From Thermodesulfobacteriota bacterium (GTDB lineage: Bacteria; Desulfobacterota_D; UBA1144; Nemesobacterales; Nemesobacteraceae): a stretch of DNA of 64,000 nt. The DNA is taken from positions 864,001 to 928,000 of the forward strand of contig OZ241855.1 of the NCBI GenBank assembly GCA_965202785.1, read 5' to 3'. The stretch's first letter is position 1. Each line of letters begins with the position of its first letter. The translations under genes were made by a program, and so were the position numbers. The notes under the pieces are model-generated. The model was not told where the DNA came from. It was given only the letters and a program-made list of their open reading frames with translations, and did no database searches. This document shows positions 29,759 through 40,679 of this stretch, piece by piece.

Positions 29759-30715
29759 ATGAAACCTCCCGAGGAAAAGAACGTAACGGAAATACCCCTG
29801 GAATTCGCGGGACAAAGAGCGGATGTGTTTCTCTCGGGTTTCCTGACGGAGCTTAGCCGCTCGAGCATCAAAAAGCATATAGAGCGGGGAAACATACTTA
29901 TTGACCGCAAAACGTTTAAGCCTTCTAAGATCATAAGCGGCGGAGAGAGCCTGAGCGTCAACATTCCGCCTCCCGAGCCCTGTGGCGTCGAGGGAGAGGA
30001 AATCGATATTGAGGTTCTCCATGAGGACCGCGACATGATCGTGGTCAACAAACCCGCCGGCATGGTGGTTCATCCCGGGGCGGGAGTGACGGGCGGTACG
30101 CTTGTGAACGCCCTTGTCCATATGTGCGAGGATCTTTCGGGAATAGGAGGCGAAATGCGCCCGGGGATAGTGCACCGCCTTGACAAAGAGACTTCGGGGA
30201 TCATGGTCGTTGCGAAAAACGACCGCGCGCACAAGAGTCTTTCCGAGCAGTTCAAAAGGAGGGAAACGGAAAAAGGATACGTAGCCGTTGTTTCGGGGGA
30301 GATGAAGAAAAGTTCGGGAGTTTTCAGTTCCCCGATAGGAAGAAGTCCCTCGAACAGGATAAAAATGAGCTCTTCTTCCAAGGCCACAAGAGATGCAGAG
30401 ACCCGCTGGGAAGTGGTCGAGAGGCTGCGCGGAGCGACGCTTGTGAGCGTTTGGCCAAAGACCGGAAGAACCCACCAGATAAGAGTCCATTTTTCCGAGA
30501 ACGGGTTTCCCGTATTTGCCGATAAGGTTTACGGGGGCAAAAAAAGCCGTCCGCGAAACTCCGGGACCGCAGGGAGCTTAATAAAAAGACATGCCCTTCA
30601 CGCAAAAAGCCTCGGATTCACGCACCCGGCCACGAGAAGGCGGATTGAGTTCTCAGCTGAAATTCCCAAAGATATGATTTCCGTGATCGATTTTTTGAGG
30701 AGACAGGGCGGATGA
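29759..30715 (+). CDS. rluD: RluA-family 23S rRNA pseudouridine synthase
   Basis: S4-like N-terminus, NKPAGMVVHP, GIVHRLDKETSG, TGRTHQIRVH; followed by pgeF. Confidence 0.9.
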   Translation: MKPPEEKNVTEIPLEFAGQRADVFLSGFLTELSRSSIKKHIERGNILIDRKTFKPSKIISGGESLSVNIPPPEPCGVEGEEIDIEVLHEDRDMIVVNKPAGMVVHPGAGVTGGTLVNALVHMCEDLSGIGGEMRPGIVHRLDKETSGIMVVAKNDRAHKSLSEQFKRRETEKGYVAVVSGEMKKSSGVFSSPIGRSPSNRIKMSSSSKATRDAETRWEVVERLRGATLVSVWPKTGRTHQIRVHFSENGFPVFADKVYGGKKSRPRNSGTAGSLIKRHALHAKSLGFTHPATRRRIEFSAEIPKDMISVIDFLRRQGG

Positions 30716-31386
30716 GGGTTTTTCGTTCTTCTATGCTTGAAAAGTATAACGGCGTGATTCACGGTTTCGTGCATGATCCTGGAGGACCAGATATTTCGAA
30801 GATTGCTTCTGCTTACGGGCTTGAAAACATCCTTACGGTCAATCAGGTTCACGGGAACTCCGTTTTTTTCGCCGACCGTGATGCGGGTGAGAAACTTGTT
30901 GAAGCTGACTCTATCGTTACGCGCCAGAAGGGCGTCGGGGTTGGGATTCTCACGGCTGACTGTCTTCCGATTCTTCTTTGCTTTCCCGATTCAGGATGCG
31001 TCTGCGCCGTCCACGCGGGGTGGCGCGGAACCTTCTCGCACGTGGTTAAAAACTGTCTTGCCGCCGTTTGTGAAAAGTATTCTTTGAGACCGCAGGACTC
31101 TTTGGCCGTGATAGGGCCGGCCATAAGAAAATGCTGCTACGAGGTTCGGGACGACGTGGCGTCGCGGTTTGTCTCAAGGTTCGGTGGCGGGGACTGGCTT
31201 TTTGAAAAAGGGGACGGGAAATTCCTTCTAGATCTTGCGGAACTTAACAGAATCGAGCTTCGCGACGCGGGAGTTTCAGAAATCGAGACGATGGACATGT
31301 GCACCTGCTGTCAGGATCTACCTTCATACAGAAGAGATGGTTCCGGTACGGACAAGATGATCAGCTTTATCGGGATTTCTCCTTAG
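30712..31386 (+). CDS. pgeF: peptidoglycan editing factor PgeF (YfiH)
   Basis: QVHG, TADCLPIL, HAGWRG, GPAIRKCCYEV, SYRRD. Confidence 0.93.
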   Translation: MRVFRSSMLEKYNGVIHGFVHDPGGPDISKIASAYGLENILTVNQVHGNSVFFADRDAGEKLVEADSIVTRQKGVGVGILTADCLPILLCFPDSGCVCAVHAGWRGTFSHVVKNCLAAVCEKYSLRPQDSLAVIGPAIRKCCYEVRDDVASRFVSRFGGGDWLFEKGDGKFLLDLAELNRIELRDAGVSEIETMDMCTCCQDLPSYRRDGSGTDKMISFIGISP

Positions 31387-31475
31387 TAGAGTCTTTTTCC
31401 CTCTTTCAGCGTTAGTTCGGTATCTTCCGAAAACCCTGCACGCCAAGACGGAACACAGTACTTCGGGGGATTAGG

Positions 31476-31946
31476 TTAGCTTTGGTTCTTCATCTCCTGA
31501 TACAGAGTTTCTGCGCGGAGTTTTAATCCCACGCCTACATCGCTAAAACCGCGGCGCATATAACCGCCGAAGAACAGCGAGACGATTGATGAAAATACAC
31601 CGCTCAACAGGTCGACATTATGGTAGCTGCAACTGGTATCACTTATAGGTTCCAGATGCTGCTCTCGCACTACAAATAAAAACCAGGAAGCTCCGAATTT
31701 CCTGCTCCAAGCAACAAGGCGTGGTTTTTCAAATGCGCATACAGTTTCGGTTATTCTGAATTTTGTAGGCCCCATTCTTACCAACAGATGAGCGGGCGAT
31801 CCAATTTTAAAATCGGTTCTGGCTTGAGATGTGAACGGATTCCACTCACCGTATTTTTCAACGTCAGTCAGGACCTCCCAAACGAAATCAATGGGTGTGT
31901 TGATCTGAATGCGGTCGGTACGTACGGTAGAATTATTCATGCCCAT
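31476..31946 (-). CDS. SRPBCC/START-like domain protein
   Basis: IQINTPIDFVWEVLTDVEKYGEWNPF, C-terminal LKLRAE helix. Confidence 0.85.
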   Translation of the reverse strand: MGMNNSTVRTDRIQINTPIDFVWEVLTDVEKYGEWNPFTSQARTDFKIGSPAHLLVRMGPTKFRITETVCAFEKPRLVAWSRKFGASWFLFVVREQHLEPISDTSCSYHNVDLLSGVFSSIVSLFFGGYMRRGFSDVGVGLKLRAETLYQEMKNQS

Positions 31947-32937
31947 CTCTGCTGGCCTTAACTAGAGTCTTAACCCATGCATCTGATTTGTCCCAAAGAA
32001 GTTTCGATACATCCTGGTCTTTTGTCTCGCCGGATGATTCCGCTGTTTCGCAGCGCACGTAATAACTTCCACCTTGAAGGGGATGCTTGCTGGCACACAT
32101 CACGGAAGTTTGCGCGCCCGATACTGGGCTTAGCAGGACAACAGATGCGAGTGCGGAACAGGTTCGGTTTAGAAGATACCCGATTTTTCCTTTGAACTCT
32201 TTAATCTGCGTAAGATTAGTCATAACAGACCCTGGGTGCACCGCTGCCGATTGGAGGTTGTATTCTTTGGCAAACCGTCTCTGGATCTCGAAAGTAAAAT
32301 GAATTAGTGCTAATTTTGACAGCCCGTAAGCGTTCCAGGAGTGGTAGTCTCCGTCATCGTTAAACATGCTCTTGTTTTTCACTCTGTCGTGCAAGTGGGA
32401 AGTCACGTTGACGACTCGCGCATCTCCGCTTTCCAAACCATTTTGCTTAAGAATTGGAAGCAATGAACTCGTCAGATGAAAAGTCCCAAGGAAATTGGTT
32501 CGCCAATGAATTTCGAAACCGTCTTTTGTCAGGGGCGGCTTTTTTCTTGGGTTAAGAATATTCTTGTGAATCCCCGCGTTATTGACAAGTACGTGCAGTC
32601 GGTCGTTGTAATTTTTTCGGTACCACGTAGTGAAATTATTAACACTGTCAACATCGCACAGGTCTAACGCATGGGCTGTAATCTTCTTCTCGGCAGCGCC
32701 AATGATTCGCAGGTCTCTCCTCAAAGAGCTTTCCATCAGTTCAATATCGTCAGTACTGGTGACAACGACCGTAGCTCCCCAGCTTGCGAGGACTTTAGCC
32801 GTTTCGTAACCAATTGAATTAGGAGAAGCACCTGTAACGATGACGTTCCTACTCGACATGTCAACTTCTTTCGCCATCGGCTTACTCATGAACAGCTGCA
32901 GGATATGAGTTATGGATTTTGAGAACGTTTTAGGCAT
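31933..32937 (-). CDS. SDR oxidoreductase (retinol dehydrogenase/WWOX-like)
   Basis: VTGASPNSIG, NNAG, TKDGFEIHWRTNFLG, YGLSK, VHPG. Confidence 0.9.
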   Translation of the reverse strand: MPKTFSKSITHILQLFMSKPMAKEVDMSSRNVIVTGASPNSIGYETAKVLASWGATVVVTSTDDIELMESSLRRDLRIIGAAEKKITAHALDLCDVDSVNNFTTWYRKNYNDRLHVLVNNAGIHKNILNPRKKPPLTKDGFEIHWRTNFLGTFHLTSSLLPILKQNGLESGDARVVNVTSHLHDRVKNKSMFNDDGDYHSWNAYGLSKLALIHFTFEIQRRFAKEYNLQSAAVHPGSVMTNLTQIKEFKGKIGYLLNRTCSALASVVLLSPVSGAQTSVMCASKHPLQGGSYYVRCETAESSGETKDQDVSKLLWDKSDAWVKTLVKASRDGHE

Positions 32938-33042
32938 TCTGGAACGACGTTATGTGTAAGGTATGGTCTTCGTACGACTCTTTATATAACACAAATGCGC
33001 ATCTGATACTTGCATGGCAGACTGCTATCCCAGTTACAGGAT

Positions 33043-34044
33043 TCACTCCTGGGAATTGGCGACTAATGGCTCACTTGCTTCCCACAGCTTGGTTCCGTTT
33101 TCCTCATCCAGTGCCGTAGGAGACACGGACTTTCGCTGCATTAAATGTAGGTAGATGCCTGTGTCGGTGCCAGCATCTTCTGCACAGCACAAGTAGATTA
33201 CCGGTCCAATAGCTTCTTCTGGAGATTGAAAAAAATGCCTCAGCAATGGGTTAACTATGGGCTTCAAAATCGACGGTGTTCCTCGTGAAAGGTTCGTAGC
33301 AACGCCTCCGGGACACATCGAGTGAACTGCAACTTCAGTTTTGCCGCCTGTGTTCAGACGGCGTGAGAGTTCAGTCGCGAACATACACAAAATAAGCTTG
33401 CTGATGCCGTAATACTTGAAGCCATCCCACAATCCATAGTCGGCAATTTCCCCGAAGTGGTCAAAATCGATAGTATGAGATGACCGATGAGCCTCAGATG
33501 AAACGAAGATAATTCGCGGTGTCTTTCCAGCTTGGCTGGATGGACAAATCACGCTGTCTTTCAGCCACCGGTCAATCATGATGCGGTTCGACAGGAAATG
33601 AACCGCGAACATTGCTTCGTATCCTTGCGGTGTTTTAGTTGCTTTTTTGGGCATCAGGCCTGCGTTGAAAACCGCAATGTCAATTTTGATGTCGCGGTTG
33701 CTCAGACTATCGCAAAGATGGTGTACCGACCGAAGATCTGATAGGTCTACTTCCATCATTTCCACACTCTCGGAACCAGACAGTGTCTTTATTTCGTCGC
33801 ATGTCTTCGTATGACCGGGTCGGCAGGCTAAGATCATGTTTGCGCCTCGCCTCGCAAGCTCAACGGCAGCGGCTTTACCCAGCCCGCTGTTCGCTCCGGT
33901 TATCAGGCAAGTTTTGCCATCTATACGTACGTGCTTTGGAACAGGATTTACTTCCGATACCTTGGGTTGCTTCAAATCTCGAATTGCGATGGTTATAGCG
34001 TCTATGAAAGAACCATCACCCATTTGGTTTGTTTTTCGCTTCAT
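33043..34044 (-). CDS. SDR oxidoreductase (retinol dehydrogenase/WWOX-like)
   Basis: TGANSGLG, NAG, VSSEAH, YGISK. Confidence 0.9.
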   Translation of the reverse strand: MKRKTNQMGDGSFIDAITIAIRDLKQPKVSEVNPVPKHVRIDGKTCLITGANSGLGKAAAVELARRGANMILACRPGHTKTCDEIKTLSGSESVEMMEVDLSDLRSVHHLCDSLSNRDIKIDIAVFNAGLMPKKATKTPQGYEAMFAVHFLSNRIMIDRWLKDSVICPSSQAGKTPRIIFVSSEAHRSSHTIDFDHFGEIADYGLWDGFKYYGISKLILCMFATELSRRLNTGGKTEVAVHSMCPGGVATNLSRGTPSILKPIVNPLLRHFFQSPEEAIGPVIYLCCAEDAGTDTGIYLHLMQRKSVSPTALDEENGTKLWEASEPLVANSQE

Positions 34045-34101
34045 GATGAGTTTCTCCGCATTGTTTTTTCAGTTCTTTGTAGTTGCCTGAATTTGCATGG
34101 A

Positions 34102-35358
34102 CTATTCGAAAGGAATTTCATGTTTCTCCCGATAAAAGGAGAAATAATCTTCAATAATTTCCTCGCTCAATCCGAAATCACTTAAATGGTAGACGTGCCT
34201 ACCAAAGCGATTCTGCGGATTTATTTTCATAAAGGTCTCGGCTTGCTGCACCGCTTCGGCATCAAAATCAATCCCCGCCTTCAGATAAATCCGGTGAAGC
34301 TCAGCAATCGGATCCTTCATCAAGTCGTAGTACGAAACGTCGACAAACCGATCGGGATCTGCTTTATCTCGAGATTGGATGGTTAACTCGACCATCCTGC
34401 GAGCCTTTCTGGACCAGTGCCTGGCGATTTCCTTTGGGTCCACATGATCGCTGAATATGCCTCGGTTGTGAGCAACCATGCTGCAGAAAGAAGGCATGGT
34501 TTTTCGAGGGTCGCGGTGGGTCTGGACGACTATCGCAGAGGGGAAAACTTTAAGAAACACGTCCAGATATTCCATGTGATGCGGTGTTTTGAGCACCCAG
34601 TTACTGCTGGGGCGTTGCCAGCACAGAATCTTCAGCACCTTATGGAAATATTCGTAGGTCTGCGTGTGGTCCTGTTTCTCGAGCCACCGGGAGTAACCCG
34701 GCACATGCATTGTGGCTTCCGGCGCCTGGCTCATAAAGTTAAGATCAAGAAGCATTACGTCTTCTTCCGGCTCATTATGGTCAATGGGGTGAACCGCCAT
34801 GAACTGCGGTGACAAATACGAAATCAGTCGTTGTGCGAGAGCTGCCTGCACATTTCGAGTGATCGTTCCTCTGGCCTTGTTGCCTGGCGGTAACGGGTTG
34901 AGTGCTTCCACACCTGACACGCCTCGAATATTCGGATGAGAATTCAGCAGCCTATGCAATATTGTAGTTCCACTTCGCTGCAATCCTGTGATCAAGACAA
35001 TCTTCCCCAAATCGATGTCATGTATTTCAGGGTGTTGTTTTAGCAGCTCCTCGATTCGCAAGCGATGAACTAATGCGCTTGCAAGTCGAAATTTTTGTAT
35101 CAACCTGCCGGTTGGGGTTAGCTCGGCTTCTTCATTAATCGAATTTACGAGAACTTTCAATGCTTCAAAATGACCGTCGTCACCGAAATCCTCAGCCCGG
35201 GTTTTTCGAATCGCGCTGGCGGTGAGCTTTTCAATATTCAAAGAACTCGACAATCCAAGGTTTTCACTTAGCTTCCCTACGGAATTGAAAATCTTAACGG
35301 GGAGAGGACGGTAGGGATTCTCATAGTCTGTAGAAGTCGCTAGATTCTTTTTAGCCAT
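34102..35358 (-). CDS. PAPS-dependent sulfotransferase
   Basis: 5'-PSB loop TGLQRSGTT, WVLKTPHH, 3'-PB THRDP. Confidence 0.9.
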   Translation of the reverse strand: MAKKNLATSTDYENPYRPLPVKIFNSVGKLSENLGLSSSLNIEKLTASAIRKTRAEDFGDDGHFEALKVLVNSINEEAELTPTGRLIQKFRLASALVHRLRIEELLKQHPEIHDIDLGKIVLITGLQRSGTTILHRLLNSHPNIRGVSGVEALNPLPPGNKARGTITRNVQAALAQRLISYLSPQFMAVHPIDHNEPEEDVMLLDLNFMSQAPEATMHVPGYSRWLEKQDHTQTYEYFHKVLKILCWQRPSSNWVLKTPHHMEYLDVFLKVFPSAIVVQTHRDPRKTMPSFCSMVAHNRGIFSDHVDPKEIARHWSRKARRMVELTIQSRDKADPDRFVDVSYYDLMKDPIAELHRIYLKAGIDFDAEAVQQAETFMKINPQNRFGRHVYHLSDFGLSEEIIEDYFSFYREKHEIPFE

Positions 35359-35368
35359 CGCGATTTGC

Positions 35369-36562
35369 TCAACTCAAAAACTGCTTAAGGTCAGTTAATT
35401 TGATTAATCTGGTCCGCGGTTGAGGATGTTCCTTTGCGCGCACCCATCTAAAGCACATCGTGCCGGAAGAATGGCCAGCCGTTTCAAGCCAATTGGGATG
35501 ACCGGGATTTTCGTGAGCTATTACCAGGCGCACAGAGCCGTCATTTTCATAGTGGGCAAGGTGCTTGTTAGTATGTATCGTGTGATGGCGGTAGTCCAGT
35601 GATTCCATCCAGTAGTTGTTTAACTGGAAGTTCCAATGTTCGCATTCTGGCGGCATTACTTCTATCAAAAGTGCTTCGTCCTCCGCCACTTTCCAATGAC
35701 TGTGATAGTAAACGATATTGGGGTCACCCCCGGCGGCCAGCGATACTTCCGGATCAAACATTGGCAGTTCGTTGGTGTGTTTCTGAAAATCACGGGCCCA
35801 CTTGGCAAACAGCAAGGGTGCGCCCGCTACAAGCGTTCCCGCGGTTTTCAATCCTTCGTCGAGCTGTTTCGGCGTCAATGGAGAAGGGAGGCGTTCATCT
35901 TCGGAACAATTGATCCGTTCTATTCGCAAGTCTGCTGGAGTTTCTGTTTTGCGATCAAGGAAAGTCTGACGTACCACTAATGTGCCGGTTTCCGGTGTCA
36001 TAGGAAGCCAGTTACTGCTTTGAGGTTTGCAGCTGAGTATCAGCTCAAAGTACCCATCTTCGTCGGTTTCTATTTGGTCAGATTCTATATGCCCGGTGGG
36101 AGGCAGCCCTCTTCCTTGCCCGTAATTGCCAGATTGAGTGCCGAAGCTTAAGTATGCAATATTATTGCGCCGACCTGTGATTTTGTATTCATACTCGCCG
36201 CTCAGACTTGCTGTCTGGTAGAAGTTGTCAGGGTTGTCTGCACCCAGCTTGGTTGTTTCGTTGACGACGCGATGAAGCACAGGTGCTTTCGGGTCGGCAT
36301 GCTCGACAAACGCCATCAGCCCGGCCCGGGCGATACGGCTTAAGTACCGATACCCTTCTGCCTGATTAAACGCGTCTTTGGGTGCCTTTGGAAAATTTAA
36401 AGCCGCCCCTGCAGCTTTTAAAGTGTCGCAGAACTCATCCCATGACTTTCCGCTAACTACCCGCTCGGCGGCTAAGTCATCTTCCGTTTTGCCCCGCAGC
36501 TTCCAGATGAAGAGAGATGTCTGTCGGAACAAGGAGAGAAGACGAATTGCGAATTTTCGCAT
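35369..36562 (-). CDS. DUF1214-type protein (sulfotransferase-associated)
   Basis: AEGYRYL, DNPDNFY, WNFQLNNYWMESLDY, DGSVRLVIAHENPGHPNWLETAGH. Confidence 0.8.
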   Translation of the reverse strand: MRKFAIRLLSLFRQTSLFIWKLRGKTEDDLAAERVVSGKSWDEFCDTLKAAGAALNFPKAPKDAFNQAEGYRYLSRIARAGLMAFVEHADPKAPVLHRVVNETTKLGADNPDNFYQTASLSGEYEYKITGRRNNIAYLSFGTQSGNYGQGRGLPPTGHIESDQIETDEDGYFELILSCKPQSSNWLPMTPETGTLVVRQTFLDRKTETPADLRIERINCSEDERLPSPLTPKQLDEGLKTAGTLVAGAPLLFAKWARDFQKHTNELPMFDPEVSLAAGGDPNIVYYHSHWKVAEDEALLIEVMPPECEHWNFQLNNYWMESLDYRHHTIHTNKHLAHYENDGSVRLVIAHENPGHPNWLETAGHSSGTMCFRWVRAKEHPQPRTRLIKLTDLKQFLS

Positions 36563-36866
36563 GGCGTACCTCTAAGCAAAACTGACCTCATCGCTCGTAG
36601 ATGTGTTTTTTTGTATTTTCTGGCACACATTTTGTCCGAGAACAATGATTCGTTTTACCCTGTAATGACTTGATAAACATATAAGACACACAAAAAATGG
36701 CAATTGTTTTGTCATAGAGATTGCAGAATGAGAAAAAGATTTTCTCGGGATTCTTAAGAGCATGACGGAAAAGGCAGTTTAAATCAATCTCGCATCGTTG
36801 CCCAAAGATGGGATAATAGTATATAATTTCCCAAAATATCCATGTGAATCCTTGGAGGAAAAAACA

Positions 36867-37295
36867 ATGAAAATAATGTCTTGGCTCGATGCGGAAGATT
36901 ACTGGTACATGAATTCCCTAAGCGAGCAGAACAAAGAAATAAACTACTACGGCTACGTGATGGATGTCGGAGACGAGGAAGATTCGAGCAGGATAAAGAT
37001 CATGGTGGTCGAACTGCAGAGCGTGAAGATGGTGGTGGGATTCATTGTTCCTCTTGACATGGATTTGAGCGGGGAGATAGAGATGGGTTTTATCTGTCAG
37101 GAAAGACCGGATAAGGACATACCCTTTTCGTGCAAACTCTCGGGAGAGGTAAAGAACCTTAGCTACACTGGAGACGACCTCCAGAAAATAGAGTATGCTG
37201 GCCTTTCGCTTGAAAAGTTCTACCAGAACAAGGGAATAAAATTCTACCTTCTAGACCTTCGCCCGATCTCCGAGCAGAATCAGGACATGCCTTGA
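36867..37295 (+). CDS. hypothetical protein
   Basis: GGAGG RBS before ATG 36867; 142 aa, acidic; upstream of argG. Confidence 0.7.
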   Translation: MKIMSWLDAEDYWYMNSLSEQNKEINYYGYVMDVGDEEDSSRIKIMVVELQSVKMVVGFIVPLDMDLSGEIEMGFICQERPDKDIPFSCKLSGEVKNLSYTGDDLQKIEYAGLSLEKFYQNKGIKFYLLDLRPISEQNQDMP

Positions 37296-37337
37296 TTAAG
37301 CTTTTCATGCGCGAAGAAATACCGGAGTACCAGTAAC

Positions 37338-38540
37338 ATGTCTGAGAAAAAGAAGATAGTTCTCGCCTATTCGGGGGGGCTTGATACCTCCGTAATCCTT
37401 AAGTGGCTCGTGAACGAGTACGACTCCGATGTTATAGCCTATGTGGCTGACATAGGACAGAAAGAGGACTTGCAGGAGGCGGAGAAGAAAGCCTGGGATA
37501 CTGGCGCGTGCGCCGTATTCATCGAAGATCTGAGAGACGAGTTCGTTAAGGATTACGTTTTCCCTGCGATAAGCGCAAACGCCGTGTATGAAGGCAGCTA
37601 TCTCCTGGGAACTTCCATAGCGCGCCCCCTTATCGCGAAAAGACAGATTGAAATAGCCAAGCGCGAGGGAGCCTTCGCAGTTTCCCACGGAGCGACAGGC
37701 AAGGGGAATGATCAGGTCCGCTTTGAACTTACTTTCTACGCGCTCCACCCCGACATAAAGATTATAGCCCCGTGGCGCGAGTGGGATTTCAAATCGAGGA
37801 CCGACCTGATAAATTACGCCAGGGAAAACGGAATAGACGTTACGGTGACCGAGAAAAAACCCTACAGTTGTGACCGTAACCTTCTTCATGTCAGTTATGA
37901 GGGGGGTATCTTGGAGGACCCGTGGGCTGAACCTCCTGAGGATATGTTCGAGATGACGGTTTCTCCCGAGGCGGCCCCCGATCAGTCGGTTTACGTGGAA
38001 ATCGGGTTTGAAAGCGGCATTCCCGTTTCAGTTGACGGAAAAGAACTTTCTCCATCGGCGCTTCTTGGTTGCTTAAACGATGTCGCCGGAGCAAACGGCA
38101 TCGGGAGGGTAGACATTGTTGAAAACAGGTTCGTCGGTATGAAATCAAGGGGGGTGTACGAGACCCCCGGCGGCACGATTCTTCATGTGGCGCACAGGGC
38201 TCTTGAGTCGATTACCATGGACAGGGAAGTAATGCGACTCAGGGATTCCCTGATTCCGAAAATATCGGAACTTATCTACTACGGCTTCTGGTTTTCTCCC
38301 GAGATGGAAATGCTGACCGCCGCCATCCGTCAGAGTCAGAAAGACGTAAGCGGTACAGTAAGGCTTAAGCTTTACAAGGGAACCGTTACAGTCTGTGGAA
38401 GAAAGTCTCCGAATTCTCTCTACAGCGAGAACTTGGCGACCTTCGAAGAGGATTCGATTTACGATCAGTCGGACGCTACCGGGTTCATAAGGCTAAACTC
38501 ACTCCGGCTTTCCGTAAAAAAACTTCTTGAGGGGGAATAG
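37338..38540 (+). CDS. argG: argininosuccinate synthase
   Basis: [35 protein letters not shown]. Confidence 0.98.
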   Translation: MSEKKKIVLAYSGGLDTSVILKWLVNEYDSDVIAYVADIGQKEDLQEAEKKAWDTGACAVFIEDLRDEFVKDYVFPAISANAVYEGSYLLGTSIARPLIAKRQIEIAKREGAFAVSHGATGKGNDQVRFELTFYALHPDIKIIAPWREWDFKSRTDLINYARENGIDVTVTEKKPYSCDRNLLHVSYEGGILEDPWAEPPEDMFEMTVSPEAAPDQSVYVEIGFESGIPVSVDGKELSPSALLGCLNDVAGANGIGRVDIVENRFVGMKSRGVYETPGGTILHVAHRALESITMDREVMRLRDSLIPKISELIYYGFWFSPEMEMLTAAIRQSQKDVSGTVRLKLYKGTVTVCGRKSPNSLYSENLATFEEDSIYDQSDATGFIRLNSLRLSVKKLLEGE

Positions 38541-38552
38541 CCCCTTTCGCGG

Positions 38553-39563
38553 ATGAGAACGGATCAATTCGACTATGATCTTCCCCAGCGGCTGATTGCC
38601 CAGTATCCGCTTTCCAACCGCAGTTCCTCAAAGCTCCTTGTGGTTGACAGGGAAACGCAAGGTTTCTCCCACGCCAAGTTTTCTGATCTGAGGGACCTGC
38701 TCCGCCCCGGTGACCTCATGGTTCTTAACAATACCAGAGTGATTCCCGCGAGGCTTGTGGGACGCGTGGAACGAAGGGGGATCGTCGAATTTCTTCTTAC
38801 GGAGAAAAAGAGTGAAACACAGTGGAAGGTGCTTTTTAAGAATCCGGCCGAGGGTCTTAGGGTCTCCCTTGACGGAGGGGTGTCGGGCAGTCTTGAGAAG
38901 GAACCCGATAAAAGCTGGACTATAAGATTCAGCGAACCCGTCGAGCAGATTATCAGCAGCACAGGACGGATGCCGCTTCCGCCCTACATAGCAAGGGAAC
39001 CCGAACCGTCGGATAAAAAGACCTATCAGACTGTCTACGCAACCGAGGAGGGAGCGGTCGCCGCTCCGACGGCCGGGCTTCATTTCGACCCGGAACTTCT
39101 CTCGGATCTTTGCGAAAAGGGCATTCTGATGAAATATGTCACTCTGCATGTGGGGGAGGGAACCTTCAGGCCCGTAAAGGATGAGCTTATCGATAACCAT
39201 GCAATGCATTCAGAGCGCGTCTCTGTTCCACAGGAGACCGCGGAAGCGGTAAATGAAGCCAAGGCGCAGGGAAGAAGGATTATTTCCGTCGGGACCACGG
39301 TTACCAGAGCCCTTGAGTCGGCAGAGGGGAATGTAGGGGAAATGCGGCCTTTTTCCGGAAGGACGGATCTTTTCATAAGATCTCCTTACGAGTTCCGCTT
39401 TGTAGATGTTCTTATAACTAATTTCCATATGCCCCGCTCAACCCTTCTTATGCTTGTTTCCGCGTTCTGCGGCACAAGGGAGCTGGCCCTCGCCGCTTAT
39501 GAAGAGGCGAAATCGCGCGGTTACAGGTTCTTGAGTTACGGCGACTCGATGATGATAGTGTGA
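38553..39563 (+). CDS. queA: S-adenosylmethionine:tRNA ribosyltransferase-isomerase
   Basis: FDYDLP...IAQYP, PLPPYI, AAPTAGLHF, TNFHMPRSTLL, SYGD. Confidence 0.97.
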   Translation: MRTDQFDYDLPQRLIAQYPLSNRSSSKLLVVDRETQGFSHAKFSDLRDLLRPGDLMVLNNTRVIPARLVGRVERRGIVEFLLTEKKSETQWKVLFKNPAEGLRVSLDGGVSGSLEKEPDKSWTIRFSEPVEQIISSTGRMPLPPYIAREPEPSDKKTYQTVYATEEGAVAAPTAGLHFDPELLSDLCEKGILMKYVTLHVGEGTFRPVKDELIDNHAMHSERVSVPQETAEAVNEAKAQGRRIISVGTTVTRALESAEGNVGEMRPFSGRTDLFIRSPYEFRFVDVLITNFHMPRSTLLMLVSAFCGTRELALAAYEEAKSRGYRFLSYGDSMMIV

Positions 39564-39679
39564 GGGGGTTTTTAACCGTGCCCGTCCTCGGGTTTGTTTT
39601 TGTACATTATCAGGCGGAATTGTTATACTCTTGTGGAAAATGTTTTTCTTCAATTAATTTTCCCGGAGGAAAATAGCAG

Positions 39680-40666
39680 ATGGCGACAGTAGTTACGGGA
39701 GCGACCGGGTTTATAGGATCGCGCATAACCAGAAAACTGGTTGAGAGAGGAGACAGGGTCAAGGTTCTCGTCAGAAAGACGAGCAATACTAAAAACATAG
39801 ACTCTCTCGATGTTGAGAAGGTCTACGGGGATGTTGGAGATCCGGATTCTCTTAAGGCTGCTTTTTCCGGATGCGATACGCTTTTCCATACGGCTGGGTT
39901 CGTGTCGTTTAAGAAATCGGATCACCAGAAAATGCTGGATATAAACGTCCGCGGCGCTTCAAACGTTCTCTCCGCCGCCATGGACGTGGGCGTATCCAAG
40001 GTTGTTTTCACAAGCAGCGTAGCCGCCATTGGGGTCGAGCGGGACGGTTCCCCTGTAACCGAATCCACCCAGTACGATCTTTACTCCGAGGGAATAGGGT
40101 ACATGAACTGCAAGTATCTCGCGGAAAGGGAGGCAAAGAGCTTCAGTGAAAAGGGGCTTCCAGTGGTTATAACGAATCCTTCGGTGGTTCTCGGTGCTGG
40201 GGACATCTATCTTTCAAGCTCGGGATCGGTTCTGTGGTTCTGCAAGAAAAGATTCCCTGGTTACATGGACGGCACCTTTAACATTGTCGACGTTGAAGAC
40301 GTCGCGAACGGACACCTGCTTGCGGAGAAGAACGGAAAGCCCGGAGAGCGCTACATACTCGCAAACGAGAACGTCAATGTGCAAGGTTATTTTGCCCTTC
40401 TAGAAGAAATAACCGGCATCTCTGCTCCCAAAATCAAGATTCCCTACATATTCGCTTACACCACTGCGTTTCTCCTTGAGAGGGTCCTGGGACTCGGATT
40501 TCCGAATTATTCCACACTGGATATCGATTCCATAAAGCTTTCAAGGTTTAACTGGCACGCTGACAATTCAAAGGCCGTAAGGGAACTCGGATTCACGGTG
40601 AGTCCGATCGAACAGACTATACAGAAGACCGTGGAATGGTTCAGGGAAAACGGCTATCTGAAGTAA
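39680..40666 (+). CDS. NAD-dependent epimerase/dehydratase (dihydroflavonol reductase/HpnA-like)
   Basis: VTGATGFIG, TSSVAA, YMNCK, VDVEDVANGH. Confidence 0.85.
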   Translation: MATVVTGATGFIGSRITRKLVERGDRVKVLVRKTSNTKNIDSLDVEKVYGDVGDPDSLKAAFSGCDTLFHTAGFVSFKKSDHQKMLDINVRGASNVLSAAMDVGVSKVVFTSSVAAIGVERDGSPVTESTQYDLYSEGIGYMNCKYLAEREAKSFSEKGLPVVITNPSVVLGAGDIYLSSSGSVLWFCKKRFPGYMDGTFNIVDVEDVANGHLLAEKNGKPGERYILANENVNVQGYFALLEEITGISAPKIKIPYIFAYTTAFLLERVLGLGFPNYSTLDIDSIKLSRFNWHADNSKAVRELGFTVSPIEQTIQKTVEWFRENGYLK

Positions 40667-40679
40667 AAAAGAGAGAAAA

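Noticed and set aside
29609-30490. 293-aa minus-strand ORF
   Set aside because: Antisense shadow of rluD
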